Source: Polymorphobacter sp.
Lineage (GTDB): Bacteria; Pseudomonadota; Alphaproteobacteria; Sphingomonadales; Sphingomonadaceae
Assembly (NCBI GenBank): GCA_025362435.1
Contig: JANYGL010000046.1
Location: 41,881 to 105,880, forward strand
Direction of reading: 5' to 3'
DNA length: 64,000 nt
The notes under the pieces were generated by a model, which searched no databases, had not been told where the DNA came from, and saw only the letters and a list, made by a program, of their open reading frames with translations. Positions 41,456 to 51,193 of this stretch are shown one piece after another. A program made the translations under genes and the position numbers. How positions within the stretch are numbered: the first letter of the stretch is position 1; every line of letters starts with the position of its first letter.

Positions 41456-42865
41456 GTGGCAACCAAGACAATCGACCAAGTCAATTTCGCCTTCATCGCG
41501 CTGATCGTGGCGGTCGCGACGATCGGCGGCTTCATGTTCGGCTACGACAGCGGCGTCATCAACGGCACCCAGGCGGGTCTCGAAAAGGCGTTCAACCTGT
41601 CGACGCTCGGGACCGGGTTCAACGTCGGCGCGATCCTGCTCGGCTGTGCTGCCGGCGCTTTCATCGCCGGACGTCTCGCCGACCGGATCGGCCGCCGCAC
41701 GGTGATGAAGATCGCGGCGTTCCTGTTCATCATCAGCGCCTTGTGCGCCGGTGCGGCGACATCGTCGCTGATGTTTATCCTCGCCCGCATCGTCGGCGGA
41801 CTCGGCGTCGGCGCGGCGAGCATCCTCGCGCCGGTCTATATCAGCGAGGTCGTCCCGGCGGCAGCGCGCGGCCGGCTGTCGAGCGTCCAGCAGATCATGA
41901 TCATCACCGGCCTGACGGGCGCATTCGTCGCCAATTACGTCCTCGCCAACACAGCAGGCGGGTCGCTCGGCACCCTATGGTTCGACCAGCCGGCATGGCG
42001 CTGGATGTTCTGGCTCCAGGTCATCCCCGCGACGGTCTACTTCGTCACGCTGTTGCTCATCCCGGAAAGCCCGCGCTATCTCGTCCTCAAGGGTCGCGAT
42101 GCCGAGGCCGAAGCGGTTCTGGCGCGGCTGTTCGGCCCCGAGGAAGCGCCGCACAAGGTCGCGGCGATCCGCTCGAGCCTCGCCACCGACCACCACCGCC
42201 CGTCGTTCTCCGACCTGCTCGACAAAACCACCGGCAAGATCCGGCCGATCGTCTGGGCCGGGATCGGGCTCGCAGTGTTCCAGCAGCTCGTCGGCATCAA
42301 CATCGTCTTCTACTACGGCTCGGTGCTGTGGCAGTCGGTCGGCTTCAGCGAGAACGACGCGCTCAAGATCAACATCCTGTCGGGCAGCCTGTCGATTCTC
42401 GCCTGCCTCGGCGCGATCCTCGTCATCGACAAGATTGGCCGCAAGCCGCTGCTCCTCGTCGGCTCGGCGGGCATGGCCGTGTCGCTGACGATCATGGCGT
42501 CGTGCTTCGCGACGGCGATCACCACCGGCGGCGCGCTCAAGATGACCGACCAGACCGGGCTCATCGCGCTGATCGCGGCGAACGCCTATGTCGTGTTCTT
42601 CAACATGTCGTGGGGCCCGGTAATGTGGGTCATGCTCGGCGAGATGTTCCCCAACCAGATGCGCGGGTCGGCGCTGGCGGTGTCGGGGCTGGCGCAATGG
42701 ATGGCCAACCTCGCGATCGCGGTTAGCTTTCCGTCGCTCGCGGCGGGGGTCGGCCTGCCGCTGACCTACGGCTTCTACGCGGCGAGCGCGCTGATCTCGT
42801 TCTTCTTCGTCCGCTCGTTCATTCGCGAAACGCGCGGTCGCGAGCTCGAGGACATGGTCGGCTGA
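41456..42865 (+). CDS. MFS sugar porter (XylE/GalP-like sugar:H+ symporter)
   Basis: 469-aa ORF, GTG start. GFMFGYDSGVINGT, GRLADRIGRR, PESPRYL and PETRGRELE signatures. Confidence 0.9.
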   Translation: MATKTIDQVNFAFIALIVAVATIGGFMFGYDSGVINGTQAGLEKAFNLSTLGTGFNVGAILLGCAAGAFIAGRLADRIGRRTVMKIAAFLFIISALCAGAATSSLMFILARIVGGLGVGAASILAPVYISEVVPAAARGRLSSVQQIMIITGLTGAFVANYVLANTAGGSLGTLWFDQPAWRWMFWLQVIPATVYFVTLLLIPESPRYLVLKGRDAEAEAVLARLFGPEEAPHKVAAIRSSLATDHHRPSFSDLLDKTTGKIRPIVWAGIGLAVFQQLVGINIVFYYGSVLWQSVGFSENDALKINILSGSLSILACLGAILVIDKIGRKPLLLVGSAGMAVSLTIMASCFATAITTGGALKMTDQTGLIALIAANAYVVFFNMSWGPVMWVMLGEMFPNQMRGSALAVSGLAQWMANLAIAVSFPSLAAGVGLPLTYGFYAASALISFFFVRSFIRETRGRELEDMVG

Positions 42866-42870
42866 GCAAT

Positions 42871-42905
42871 GGACCGGGCCGAGGGTACACCCCGGCCCCG
42901 GTTCC
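42871..42905. terminator. GC-rich hairpin between convergent MFS and dehydratase genes (possible bidirectional terminator)
   Basis: GGACCGGGCCGAGGG-TACA-CCCCGGCCCCGGTTCC fills the 40-nt gap exactly. No clear U-tract on either strand. Confidence 0.4.
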
Positions 42906-44690
42906 TCAGTGGTTGTGGCGCGGCGTCGTTTCGGAGATGCGGCGATATTTCAACGCCATCTCGAGCACCGCACCGGTCGAGAGCTGCCCGGTCTTCTCGC
43001 GGTAGATCTCCTCCCATGGCGTATGGCTCGCGGGGATCGGCGGCGGTGCTTCGGCACGACGCCGCGCGATCTCGCCGTCGTCGACCAGCGCGTTGCACTC
43101 GCCGGTGTTGATATCGATACGGATCATGTCGCCGGTCGCGAGCCATGCGAGGCCGCCGCCGACCGCGCTTTCGGGTGAGGCGTTGAGGATCGACGGGCTG
43201 TCCGAGGTCCCCGACTGACGCCCGTCGCCGAGCGTCGGCAGCCACGCGATGCCGCGGCGGAGCAAAGCGTCGGGCGGCTGCATGTTGACGACCTCGGCCG
43301 ACCCCGGCCAGCCGATCGGGCCCGCCCCGCGGATGACGAGGATGCAGTTCTCGTCGATCTCGAGGGCCGGGTCGTTGATCCGGTGGTGATAGTCGTCGGA
43401 GCCTTCGAAGACGACCGCGCGCGCCTCGAACACGCCCTCGGCTCCCGGGCGGTTGAGGTAGCGCTCGCGGAATTCGTCGGAGATGACGCTGGTCTTGAGG
43501 ATCGCGAAGTCGAAAAGATTGCCCGACAGTGCGAGGAACCCGGCGCGTTCCTTGAGCGGTTCGTCGAACGCGCGGATGACCTCGCGGTCGCGGCTGTCGC
43601 GTCCGGCGATATTGTCGCCGAGGCTGCGCCCGGTGACCGTCAGGCAATCGGTGTCGAGGTGGCCGGCGGCGGCGAGTTCGCACAAAAGCGCCGGGACGCC
43701 ACCGGCGCGGTGGAAACGCTCGCCGAGGAAACGGCCCGCGGGCTGGACGTCGGCAAGCAGCGGCAGGTCGTAGCCGAAGGTCGTCCAGTCGTCGGGGGTC
43801 AGCTCGACCCCGGCGTGCCGCGCCATCGCCATGATGTGCGGCTGGGCGTTCGAGGATCCGCCAATCGCGGTGACGAGACGAATCGCGTTGAGGAAGCTCG
43901 CCCGGGTCAGGATCTTCGACGGCCGCAGGTCGGCGTACGCCATCTCGACGATGCGGACGCCGGTCGCATACGCCATCTGCGGGCGCTCGCGGTACGCCGC
44001 GGGGATTGCCGCGCACCCCGGCAGCGACAGGCCGAGCACCTCGGCGACCGCGTTCATCGTCGACGCGGTGCCCATCGTGTTGCAGTGGCCGACCGAGGGG
44101 GCGCTATCGCTCGCGCGGTCGATGAACTCGGCTTCGCTGATCTCGCCCGCCGCGAGCTTGCGCCGCGCCCGCCAGATCACCGTCCCCGAGCCGACGAGTT
44201 CGCCGTCGTGCCAGCCGTCGAGCATCGGTCCGCCCGACAGGACGATCGCGGGAATGTCGACGGTCGACGCCGCCATGATCCCCGACGGGGTGGTCTTGTC
44301 GCAGCCGGTGGTCAGGACGACGGCGTCGATCGGGTAGCCGTAGAGGATCTCGACGAGCGCGAGATAGGCGAGGTTGCGGTCGAGCGCGGCGGTCGGGCGG
44401 CGGCAATTCTCGAAGATCGGATGCGTCGGAAATTCCATCGGGATGCCGCCGGCGTCGCGGATGCCGTCGCGGGTGCGCTTGGCCAGTTCGAGATGGACCC
44501 GGTTGCACGGCGACAGGTCGCTGCCGCTTTGCGCGATGCCGATGATCGGGCGGCCCGAGCGCAGTTCGGGGGCAGTGATCCCGTAGTTCATGAAGCGCTC
44601 GAGATAGAGCGCTGCCATGTCTGACCGGCCCGGCGCGTCGAACCAGTCGCGCGAGCGAAACCGCCGCACCGGCGGGTCGTGCGGCGTCAT
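42906..44690 (-). CDS. IlvD/Edd family sugar-acid dehydratase (XylD-like pentonate dehydratase candidate)
   Basis: 594-aa ORF. TTGCDKTTPS Fe-S cluster motif. Its start overlaps the LacI stop (ATGA). Confidence 0.9.
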   Translation of the reverse strand: MTPHDPPVRRFRSRDWFDAPGRSDMAALYLERFMNYGITAPELRSGRPIIGIAQSGSDLSPCNRVHLELAKRTRDGIRDAGGIPMEFPTHPIFENCRRPTAALDRNLAYLALVEILYGYPIDAVVLTTGCDKTTPSGIMAASTVDIPAIVLSGGPMLDGWHDGELVGSGTVIWRARRKLAAGEISEAEFIDRASDSAPSVGHCNTMGTASTMNAVAEVLGLSLPGCAAIPAAYRERPQMAYATGVRIVEMAYADLRPSKILTRASFLNAIRLVTAIGGSSNAQPHIMAMARHAGVELTPDDWTTFGYDLPLLADVQPAGRFLGERFHRAGGVPALLCELAAAGHLDTDCLTVTGRSLGDNIAGRDSRDREVIRAFDEPLKERAGFLALSGNLFDFAILKTSVISDEFRERYLNRPGAEGVFEARAVVFEGSDDYHHRINDPALEIDENCILVIRGAGPIGWPGSAEVVNMQPPDALLRRGIAWLPTLGDGRQSGTSDSPSILNASPESAVGGGLAWLATGDMIRIDINTGECNALVDDGEIARRRAEAPPPIPASHTPWEEIYREKTGQLSTGAVLEMALKYRRISETTPRHNH

Positions 44691-45763
44691 GGGCGCGATA
44701 CCATGATCGACGGGCGGCGCCGGGGCGCGGCGTCGGACTGGCGGCGGATCAGCTTGAAGTCGAGTTGCAAGTGTTGCGGCTCCATCGGTTCCCCGGCGCG
44801 ATAGGCCCGGATTTCCCGGACGAGGAGTTCGACCGCGGCGAGCGACATGTCGGCGATCGGCTGGCGGATCGTGGTCAATTCGGGCCAGATCGTCGTCGCC
44901 AGCGCGGTGTCGTCGAAGCCGCAGACGGTGAGGTCGCTCGGCACGTCGATGCCGTGGCGGTGCGCGACGGCGACAGTCGCCGCGGCCATGTCGTCGTTGC
45001 TCGCGAAGATCGCCGAGGGCGGGTTGTCGACGCCAATCAACTCCTCGGCGGCGTCGAGCCCCGAGCGGTAGGTGAACAGGCCATATTTGATGAGCGCGTC
45101 GGGGACGTCGAGCCCGGCGGCGGCCATCGCCGCGCGGAAACCGGCAAGGCGCAACAGGCTCGACGGATGCTCACGGTCGCCGACGATGAAGCCGATGCGC
45201 TGATGACCAAGCGAGATGATGTGCGCGGTCATCTCGTATGCCGCGCGGTGGTCGTCGATGCTTAACGCTGAAAACCCGGTGGCGGGGTGACCGCTCGCGA
45301 CCGTCACGCCGAGCGCGCCGGCTGCCCGCAGCACCGCGAGGACCTGCTCGGTATCGCACAACGGCGGCGGCAGGACGAGCCCGTCGACGCCGCCCGCGAG
45401 CAGGTGGCGCGCGGCCGCCTCCGCCTCGTCGCCGACGTCGCACTTTTCGATTACCAGCTGGATATTGGCGCGGCTGGCATAGTCGAGCGTGCCGACAAGG
45501 AACTCGCTGAGATAGGCGGCGCTCGGGTTGCTGTAGAGCATGCCGATCTTGATCGGCTGCGCCCCGGCGAGGCTCTGCGCCGCCGGGTTCGGGGAGTAGC
45601 GCAGCGCGGCGATCGCGGCATTGACGGTGTCGCGGGTCGTCTGGCGGACGTTGGTCTCGCCGTTGATCACCCGCGACACCGTCATCGGCGATACGCCGGC
45701 CCGTTGGGCGACATCGCTGATCGTGGTCGAGCGGCGCTGCGCACGTGCCGGTGGTTTTGCCAA
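44687..45763 (-). CDS. LacI family transcriptional repressor
   Basis: HTH TISDVAQRAGVSPMTVSRVINGE plus a periplasmic-binding-protein-like sugar domain. Start chosen at TTG 45763 (GGGGGAG 8 nt upstream); the alternative is ATG 45844. The track ORF runs to 45979. Confidence 0.8.
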   Translation of the reverse strand: MAKPPARAQRRSTTISDVAQRAGVSPMTVSRVINGETNVRQTTRDTVNAAIAALRYSPNPAAQSLAGAQPIKIGMLYSNPSAAYLSEFLVGTLDYASRANIQLVIEKCDVGDEAEAAARHLLAGGVDGLVLPPPLCDTEQVLAVLRAAGALGVTVASGHPATGFSALSIDDHRAAYEMTAHIISLGHQRIGFIVGDREHPSSLLRLAGFRAAMAAAGLDVPDALIKYGLFTYRSGLDAAEELIGVDNPPSAIFASNDDMAAATVAVAHRHGIDVPSDLTVCGFDDTALATTIWPELTTIRQPIADMSLAAVELLVREIRAYRAGEPMEPQHLQLDFKLIRRQSDAAPRRRPSIMVSRP

Positions 45764-45939
45764 ATGTCCTGCTCCCCCGACGTCGGTACGATGTTGCCTT
45801 GCGGTACGCAACGCACCGCCCGAAGGCCCCGAACCTTTCGCCATTATGTTCGCCGCGCCAGCCGTCGCCGCGACGCCGATCGCACGACCGGATGCTCGCC
45901 GGGCCGGTCGACATTGACATGGTTTCGACGTTTGAAGCA

Positions 45940-45953
45940 TGTTAGCGCTATCA
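45940..45953. promoter_or_regulatory. LacI-type operator candidate in the lacI / GH3 divergent region
   Basis: TGTTAGCGCTATCA (12 of 14 positions palindromic), with TTGACA at 45914-45919. Confidence 0.55.
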
Positions 45954-46009
45954 AGAAAGGGTTGCGCAGCGTGGGTCAAGCCCGGCGACGACCCGCGAGG
46001 GAGGTTGAT

Positions 46010-48424
46010 ATGCTTTTGCGTCCAGTCCAGCTGCGTACCGCGCAGCTGCGCCCGATCGGCCGGCGGACCCGGTCGCTCGCCCTGATCCTGCTAACGACGT
46101 CGCTCGCGCTGCCGGCGCACGCCGCGCCCGAGCGGCCGCTGTACAAGGACCCGCGCGCGCCGGTCGCCGCCCGCGTCGACGACCTGCTCGCGCGAATGAC
46201 GCTCGCCGAGAAGGTCGCGCAGCTGCAGACGGTCTGGGAGGGCAAGGTCAAGCTGCTCGACGCTCATCAGCGCCTCGATCCGGCGTTGCGCGCCAAGGTG
46301 TTTCCCGACGGCATCGGCGGTTTCGCGCGGCCGTCGGATGCGACCGGCCCAGTGTCGCCGCGCGTCGTCGCAGGCCGCGACGTTCGCAGCACGATCGAGC
46401 TGGTCAACGACCTCCAGCACGACGCCCTGACCCGCACCCGCCTCGGCATCCCCATCCTGTTCCACGAGGAGGGCCTCCACGGCTACGCCGCACTCGGGGC
46501 GACGAGCTTCCCGGTGCCGATCGCGCTGGCGTCGAGCTGGGACCCCGACCTCGTCCGCCGGACCAACGTCGTCACCGCCCGCGAAATGTCGGCGCGCGGC
46601 GTCACCGAGGCGCTGTCCCCGGTCGTCGACATCGCACGTGACCCGCGCTGGGGACGGATCGAGGAGACCTTCGGCGAGGACCCATATCTCGTCGGCGAAC
46701 TCGGCGTCGCGGCGGTCGAGGGACTCGAGGGCGTCGGCAAGCCGCAGATGCTCGCGCCCGGCAAGGTCTTCGCGACGCTCAAGCATTTGACCGGGCACGG
46801 CCAGCCCGAGAGCGGGACCAACACCGGCCCGGCGCCGATCTCTGAGCGCGAGCTGCGCGAAAATTTCTTCCCGCCGTTCGAGCAGGCGATCGCGCGCGCC
46901 GGTCCCGGCGCCGTGATGCCGTCGTACAATGAGATCGACGGCGTCCCCTCCCACGCGAACAAGTGGCTGCTCCAGACCGTCCTGCGCGGCGAATGGGGCT
47001 TCACCGGCGCGATCGTCAGCGACTATTCGGCGATCGACCAGATCGCCGACCTCCACCACAATGCGGCCGACCATCAGGGCGCGGCGATCATGGCGCTGGC
47101 GGCGGGGGTCGATAACGACCTGCCCGACGGCAACAGCTACAAGACCCTCGCCGCGTCGGTCGCCGCCAACCGTGTGCCGGTCGCACAGATCGACGACGCG
47201 GTCCGCAAGATGCTCGAGATCAAGTTCCGCGCCGGCTTGTTCGAGCATCCCTATGCCGACGCCAAAGCGGCGGTCGCGATCACCAACAATGCCGACGCGC
47301 GCGCTGTCGCCCGGCTGGCGGCGGCGCGGTCGATGGTCCTGCTCAAGAACGACGGGACCCTGCCGCTGGCGCTGCCCCCGCACGGTGCCGCGATGCCGGT
47401 CATCGCGGTGATCGGGCCGAACGCCGCCGTCGCGCGCCTCGGCGGCTATTACGGCCAGCCGCCGGTGACGGTATCGCTGCTCGACGGGATCAAGGCGAAG
47501 GTCGGCGCGCGGGCCGGGATCGTATCCTCGCTCGGGGTCAAGATCACCGAGAACGACGACTGGTGGGAGGACAAGGTCACCCTCGCCGACCCGACCGAAA
47601 ATGCGAAGCGCATCGCTGCCGCGGTCGAGGTCGCGCGCGGGGCCGCCACAATCGTCCTCGCGATCGGCGATACCGAGCAGACCAGCCGCGAAGGCTGGGC
47701 CGACAACCATCTCGGCGACCGCGCCAGCCTTGATCTCGTCGGCGAGCAGCAGGCGCTGTTCGACGCGCTCAAGGCGCTCGGCAAGCCGATCGTCGTCGTC
47801 ATGATCAACGGCCGCCCGCTGGCGATCAACCGCGTCGCCGAGCAGGCGAACGCGGTCATCGAGGGCTGGTATCTCGGCGAGCAGGGCGGCACCGCGCTCG
47901 CCGATGTGCTGTTCGGCGACGTCAATCCCGGCGGCAAGCTGCCGGTGACGATCGCGCGCTCGGTCGGGCAGTTGCCGATGTTCTACAACTACAAGCCGTC
48001 CGCGCACCGCGGCTACCTGTTCAGTGACAAGACTCCCTTGTTCCCGTTCGGCTTCGGGCTGAGCTACACGACCTTCGCGATCGGCGAGCCGAAGCTGTCG
48101 ACGCCGACGATCCGTCCCGACGGCAGCGTCGATGTCGGTGTCGAGGTGCGCAACACCGGCACCCGCGCGGGCGACGAGGTCGTCCAGCTTTACGTCCATG
48201 ACAAGGTCGGGTCGGTAACCCGTCCGGTCAAGGAATTGAAGGCGTTCGAGCGCGTCACGCTCCAGCCCGGCGAAGTGCGGACTGTCAAGTTCACCCTCGA
48301 CCACCGCGCCTTCGAATTGTGGAACATCGACATGAAGCGCGTTGTCGAGCCAGGCGAGTTCGAGATCATGGCGGGCAACAGCTCGGTCGCGCTGAAGACG
48401 GCGACGTTGACGATCGCTCGCTGA
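46010..48424 (+). CDS. exported glycoside hydrolase family 3 (beta-glucosidase/beta-xylosidase type)
   Basis: Start at MLLRPVQL (ATG 46010, GGGAGG upstream; the track ORF begins at 45287). Signal peptide ..LALPAHAAP. GH3 pattern incl. GAIVSDY nucleophile region and a C-terminal Fn3-like domain. Confidence 0.9.
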   Translation: MLLRPVQLRTAQLRPIGRRTRSLALILLTTSLALPAHAAPERPLYKDPRAPVAARVDDLLARMTLAEKVAQLQTVWEGKVKLLDAHQRLDPALRAKVFPDGIGGFARPSDATGPVSPRVVAGRDVRSTIELVNDLQHDALTRTRLGIPILFHEEGLHGYAALGATSFPVPIALASSWDPDLVRRTNVVTAREMSARGVTEALSPVVDIARDPRWGRIEETFGEDPYLVGELGVAAVEGLEGVGKPQMLAPGKVFATLKHLTGHGQPESGTNTGPAPISERELRENFFPPFEQAIARAGPGAVMPSYNEIDGVPSHANKWLLQTVLRGEWGFTGAIVSDYSAIDQIADLHHNAADHQGAAIMALAAGVDNDLPDGNSYKTLAASVAANRVPVAQIDDAVRKMLEIKFRAGLFEHPYADAKAAVAITNNADARAVARLAAARSMVLLKNDGTLPLALPPHGAAMPVIAVIGPNAAVARLGGYYGQPPVTVSLLDGIKAKVGARAGIVSSLGVKITENDDWWEDKVTLADPTENAKRIAAAVEVARGAATIVLAIGDTEQTSREGWADNHLGDRASLDLVGEQQALFDALKALGKPIVVVMINGRPLAINRVAEQANAVIEGWYLGEQGGTALADVLFGDVNPGGKLPVTIARSVGQLPMFYNYKPSAHRGYLFSDKTPLFPFGFGLSYTTFAIGEPKLSTPTIRPDGSVDVGVEVRNTGTRAGDEVVQLYVHDKVGSVTRPVKELKAFERVTLQPGEVRTVKFTLDHRAFELWNIDMKRVVEPGEFEIMAGNSSVALKTATLTIAR

Positions 48425-48427
48425 CGC

Positions 48428-49345
48428 ATGAGCGGGTGGCAGCTGCTCTCCGCGATGGCGGTCGTCCTGGCGGTGGCGTCACCGGCAGGAGCACGCCCGT
48501 CGATCACGCTTACCTTCGACGATCTGCCGGCGCACGGCCCGCTACCGGTCGGAACGACGCGCCTCGCGATCGTCCAGGATATCGTCACCGCGCTCAAAAC
48601 GGCGCGGGTCGGCGAGGTCTACGGCTTCGTCAATGGCGTCCTGACCGAGCGCGAGGCCGACATGCCGGTGCTCCAGCTGTGGCGCGACGCGGGGCTGCCG
48701 ATCGGCAACCACGGCTGGTCGCACCTCAACCTCGACGACGTCGGAGCTACCGCCGCAAGCGCCGATATTGTCCGCAACGAGCCGCTCGTCGCCGCGCTCG
48801 CCGGCAACACCGACTGGCACTGGTTCCGCTACCCGTATCTCGCCGAGGGCCGCGACCCGGCGGCGCGCCTCGCCCTGCGGCAGGACCTCGTCGCCCGTCA
48901 CTACCGCATTGCCGGCGTGACGATGAGCTTCGACGACTATCTGTGGAATCCGCCATACGCCCGCTGCCTCGCGGCCGCCGACGCCGCTGGCATTGCCTGG
49001 CTCGAAAGGAGCTACCTCGCCGCCGCAACCAGCGCCGCCGCCGAGGCGCGCGCCAACGCGCAAGCATTGTACGGCCACGACATCCCGTACGTCCTGCTGA
49101 TGCACGCCGGCGCGTTCGATGCCCGGATGCTGCCGCGCTTGCTCGCGCTCTACCGACAGGAGGGCTTTGCCTTCGTGCCGCTGGCGAAGGCAGAAGCCGA
49201 TCCTGCCTATGCTGCGGACGTCGACCCGTCGCTGCCGCCGGTCGCGACGATCCGCGACCGCGTGATTGCAGCGGGAAAGACACCGGCCCCACGGACCGAC
49301 ATCGCACCCGAGCTCGCCGCCATCTGCCCCGTACCGGCGGGCTGA
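48428..49345 (+). CDS. exported polysaccharide deacetylase (NodB homology, CE4-like)
   Basis: 305-aa ORF starting 3 nt after GH3. Signal peptide. TFDDLP and GNHGWSH motifs. Confidence 0.8.
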   Translation: MSGWQLLSAMAVVLAVASPAGARPSITLTFDDLPAHGPLPVGTTRLAIVQDIVTALKTARVGEVYGFVNGVLTEREADMPVLQLWRDAGLPIGNHGWSHLNLDDVGATAASADIVRNEPLVAALAGNTDWHWFRYPYLAEGRDPAARLALRQDLVARHYRIAGVTMSFDDYLWNPPYARCLAAADAAGIAWLERSYLAAATSAAAEARANAQALYGHDIPYVLLMHAGAFDARMLPRLLALYRQEGFAFVPLAKAEADPAYAADVDPSLPPVATIRDRVIAAGKTPAPRTDIAPELAAICPVPAG

Positions 49346-49352
49346 TCGGACC

Positions 49353-50837
49353 TTACGCTGCCGCGCAGTAGCGCGCGATGAAGGCGTCGTGAGCGGGGGT
49401 CGCGGCGACTGCTCCGGCGATTCCCTTCTTGATGTCGGCCAGCGCCTGCGCCAGCTCGCCGGGCTTGAGCAGTTCCCCGAGCCGATGCCAGTCGCGCGGC
49501 ATCAGCCCCTGACCGAGCATCACCGAGACCCACGAATCGACGCGGAACAGGTCCTCTCCGCCTTGATAGGCAGCCGCCGACTCGCGGAACAGCGCGATCC
49601 GCTCGGCGAGCGAATCGGGGATCGGCATGTCGCGGCAGCGCCGCCAGAACGCCGTGTCGTCGCGTTCGGACTGCTTGTAGTGGAGGATCACGAAGTCGCG
49701 GATGCCCTGCCATTCGCGCGTCGACTGGACATTGAAGCGTTCGGCCAAAGCGGTAGTCGTCCCGGCGAACGGAAACAGCTGGATGAGCCGCGTCACCGCG
49801 ACTTGGATCAGGTGAATGCTGGTCGACTCGAGCGGCTCGACGAAGCCCGAAGACAGCCCAAGCGCGACGCAATTGCGCGACCAGCTCTTCATCCGCATCC
49901 CCGTCTTGTAGCGAATCGGCCGCGGATCGAACAATGGGCGGCCGTCGAGCGCGCCGAGCAGCCGCGCCGACGCTTCGTCCTCGGACAGGAAATCGCTCGC
50001 ATAGACGAGGCCGTTGCCGACGCGCGTCTGCAGCGGAATCTTCCAGCGCCAGCCCTCGCCGTGCGCGATCGCCCGCGTGTACGGCACTGCGGGCCCGGTG
50101 CTTTCGGTTTGTACCACGAGCGCACGGTCGGTTGCGATCCAGTCGCCCCAATCCTCAAACTTGACCCCGAGCGTCTCGCCGATGAGAAGTGCCCGGAAGC
50201 CGGTGCAGTCGATGAACAGGTCGCCCTCGATCCGTTCGCCCGATTCGAGTTCGAGCGCGACGATGTCGCCGCTTTCGGCATCGACCGGCACGTTGCGAAT
50301 CTTACCCTCGACCCGGCGGACCCCGGCGGACTCGGCGAGCGAGCGCAGGAAACGCGTATAGCCGCCCGCGTCGAGATGGTACGCATAGGCCAGCTGCGGC
50401 TTGCCTTCCAAGGCGAAGCGACCGGCCAGCGCGGCATTCTGCTCGAACGAAAACTCGCCATAATCGGCGTTCGTCAGGCCCTGTCGTCGTGCCTCGAGCC
50501 AGAAATGCTGGAAGTCGCCCATCCACGTCGACCGACCGACCGAGCCGAACGGATGGAAGTAGCGCGCGCCGTCGCGACCCCAGTTCTCGAACGAAATTCC
50601 GAGTTTGAAGGTCGCCTGCGCCGCGCGCATGAATGCGTCCTCGTAGATGCCGAGCAATTCATGAAATGCGCGCGCCGTCGGGATCGTCGATTCGCCGACC
50701 CCGATCGTGCCGATCTCTTCCGATTCGACGAGGGTGATCGAGATCAATGGGCCGAGCTGCTTGACCAGCGCCGCAGCCGCGACCCACCCGGCTGTTCCGC
50801 CGCCCGCAATTACGACGCGCTCGACCCGTTTGCCCAT
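49353..50837 (-). CDS. flavin-dependent tryptophan-halogenase family protein
   Basis: 494-aa ORF. FAD motif VIAGGGTAGW, GVGESTIP, conserved Lys in ATFKLGISFENW, and WxWxIP motif GWRWKIPL. Confidence 0.85.
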   Translation of the reverse strand: MGKRVERVVIAGGGTAGWVAAAALVKQLGPLISITLVESEEIGTIGVGESTIPTARAFHELLGIYEDAFMRAAQATFKLGISFENWGRDGARYFHPFGSVGRSTWMGDFQHFWLEARRQGLTNADYGEFSFEQNAALAGRFALEGKPQLAYAYHLDAGGYTRFLRSLAESAGVRRVEGKIRNVPVDAESGDIVALELESGERIEGDLFIDCTGFRALLIGETLGVKFEDWGDWIATDRALVVQTESTGPAVPYTRAIAHGEGWRWKIPLQTRVGNGLVYASDFLSEDEASARLLGALDGRPLFDPRPIRYKTGMRMKSWSRNCVALGLSSGFVEPLESTSIHLIQVAVTRLIQLFPFAGTTTALAERFNVQSTREWQGIRDFVILHYKQSERDDTAFWRRCRDMPIPDSLAERIALFRESAAAYQGGEDLFRVDSWVSVMLGQGLMPRDWHRLGELLKPGELAQALADIKKGIAGAVAATPAHDAFIARYCAAA

Positions 50838-50940
50838 GTCCGCCTCCCCTTGAGTTCATTCGCGGGACTATCGTTGCGCGGCCGATGCGGCTCGACCGGC
50901 ACGCTGCACGCGCTTGACCTGATCGATACAGATTCATTGG

Positions 50941-50954
50941 AGGTAGCGCTATCG
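50941..50954. promoter_or_regulatory. LacI-type operator candidate in the halogenase / TonB-receptor divergent region
   Basis: AGGTAGCGCTATCG, with TTGACC at 50914-50919. A weaker second match, TGTTACCGCTCCCA, lies at 51136-51149 behind TTGACA (51117-51122). Confidence 0.5.
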
Positions 50955-51193
50955 CGAAGCAGGATTGCTCCAACCTAAGAGCGTGTTGCGTTTTCAGCGA
51001 GCTGACTGCGGGACCGTCGGGGAACGTCAGTTTGGGCGGATATGCGCTATTTCTGCCACGGTTAGTCCGATTCTAACTGTCGTGCGGCCAGTTCTAGCAA
51101 CTATCGCTATTCGCGGTTGACACCCTCATTCGGTATGTTACCGCTCCCATAAGAACATTCGGCCACGCAATGAGCCGCTTTGGGGGAGTTGGT

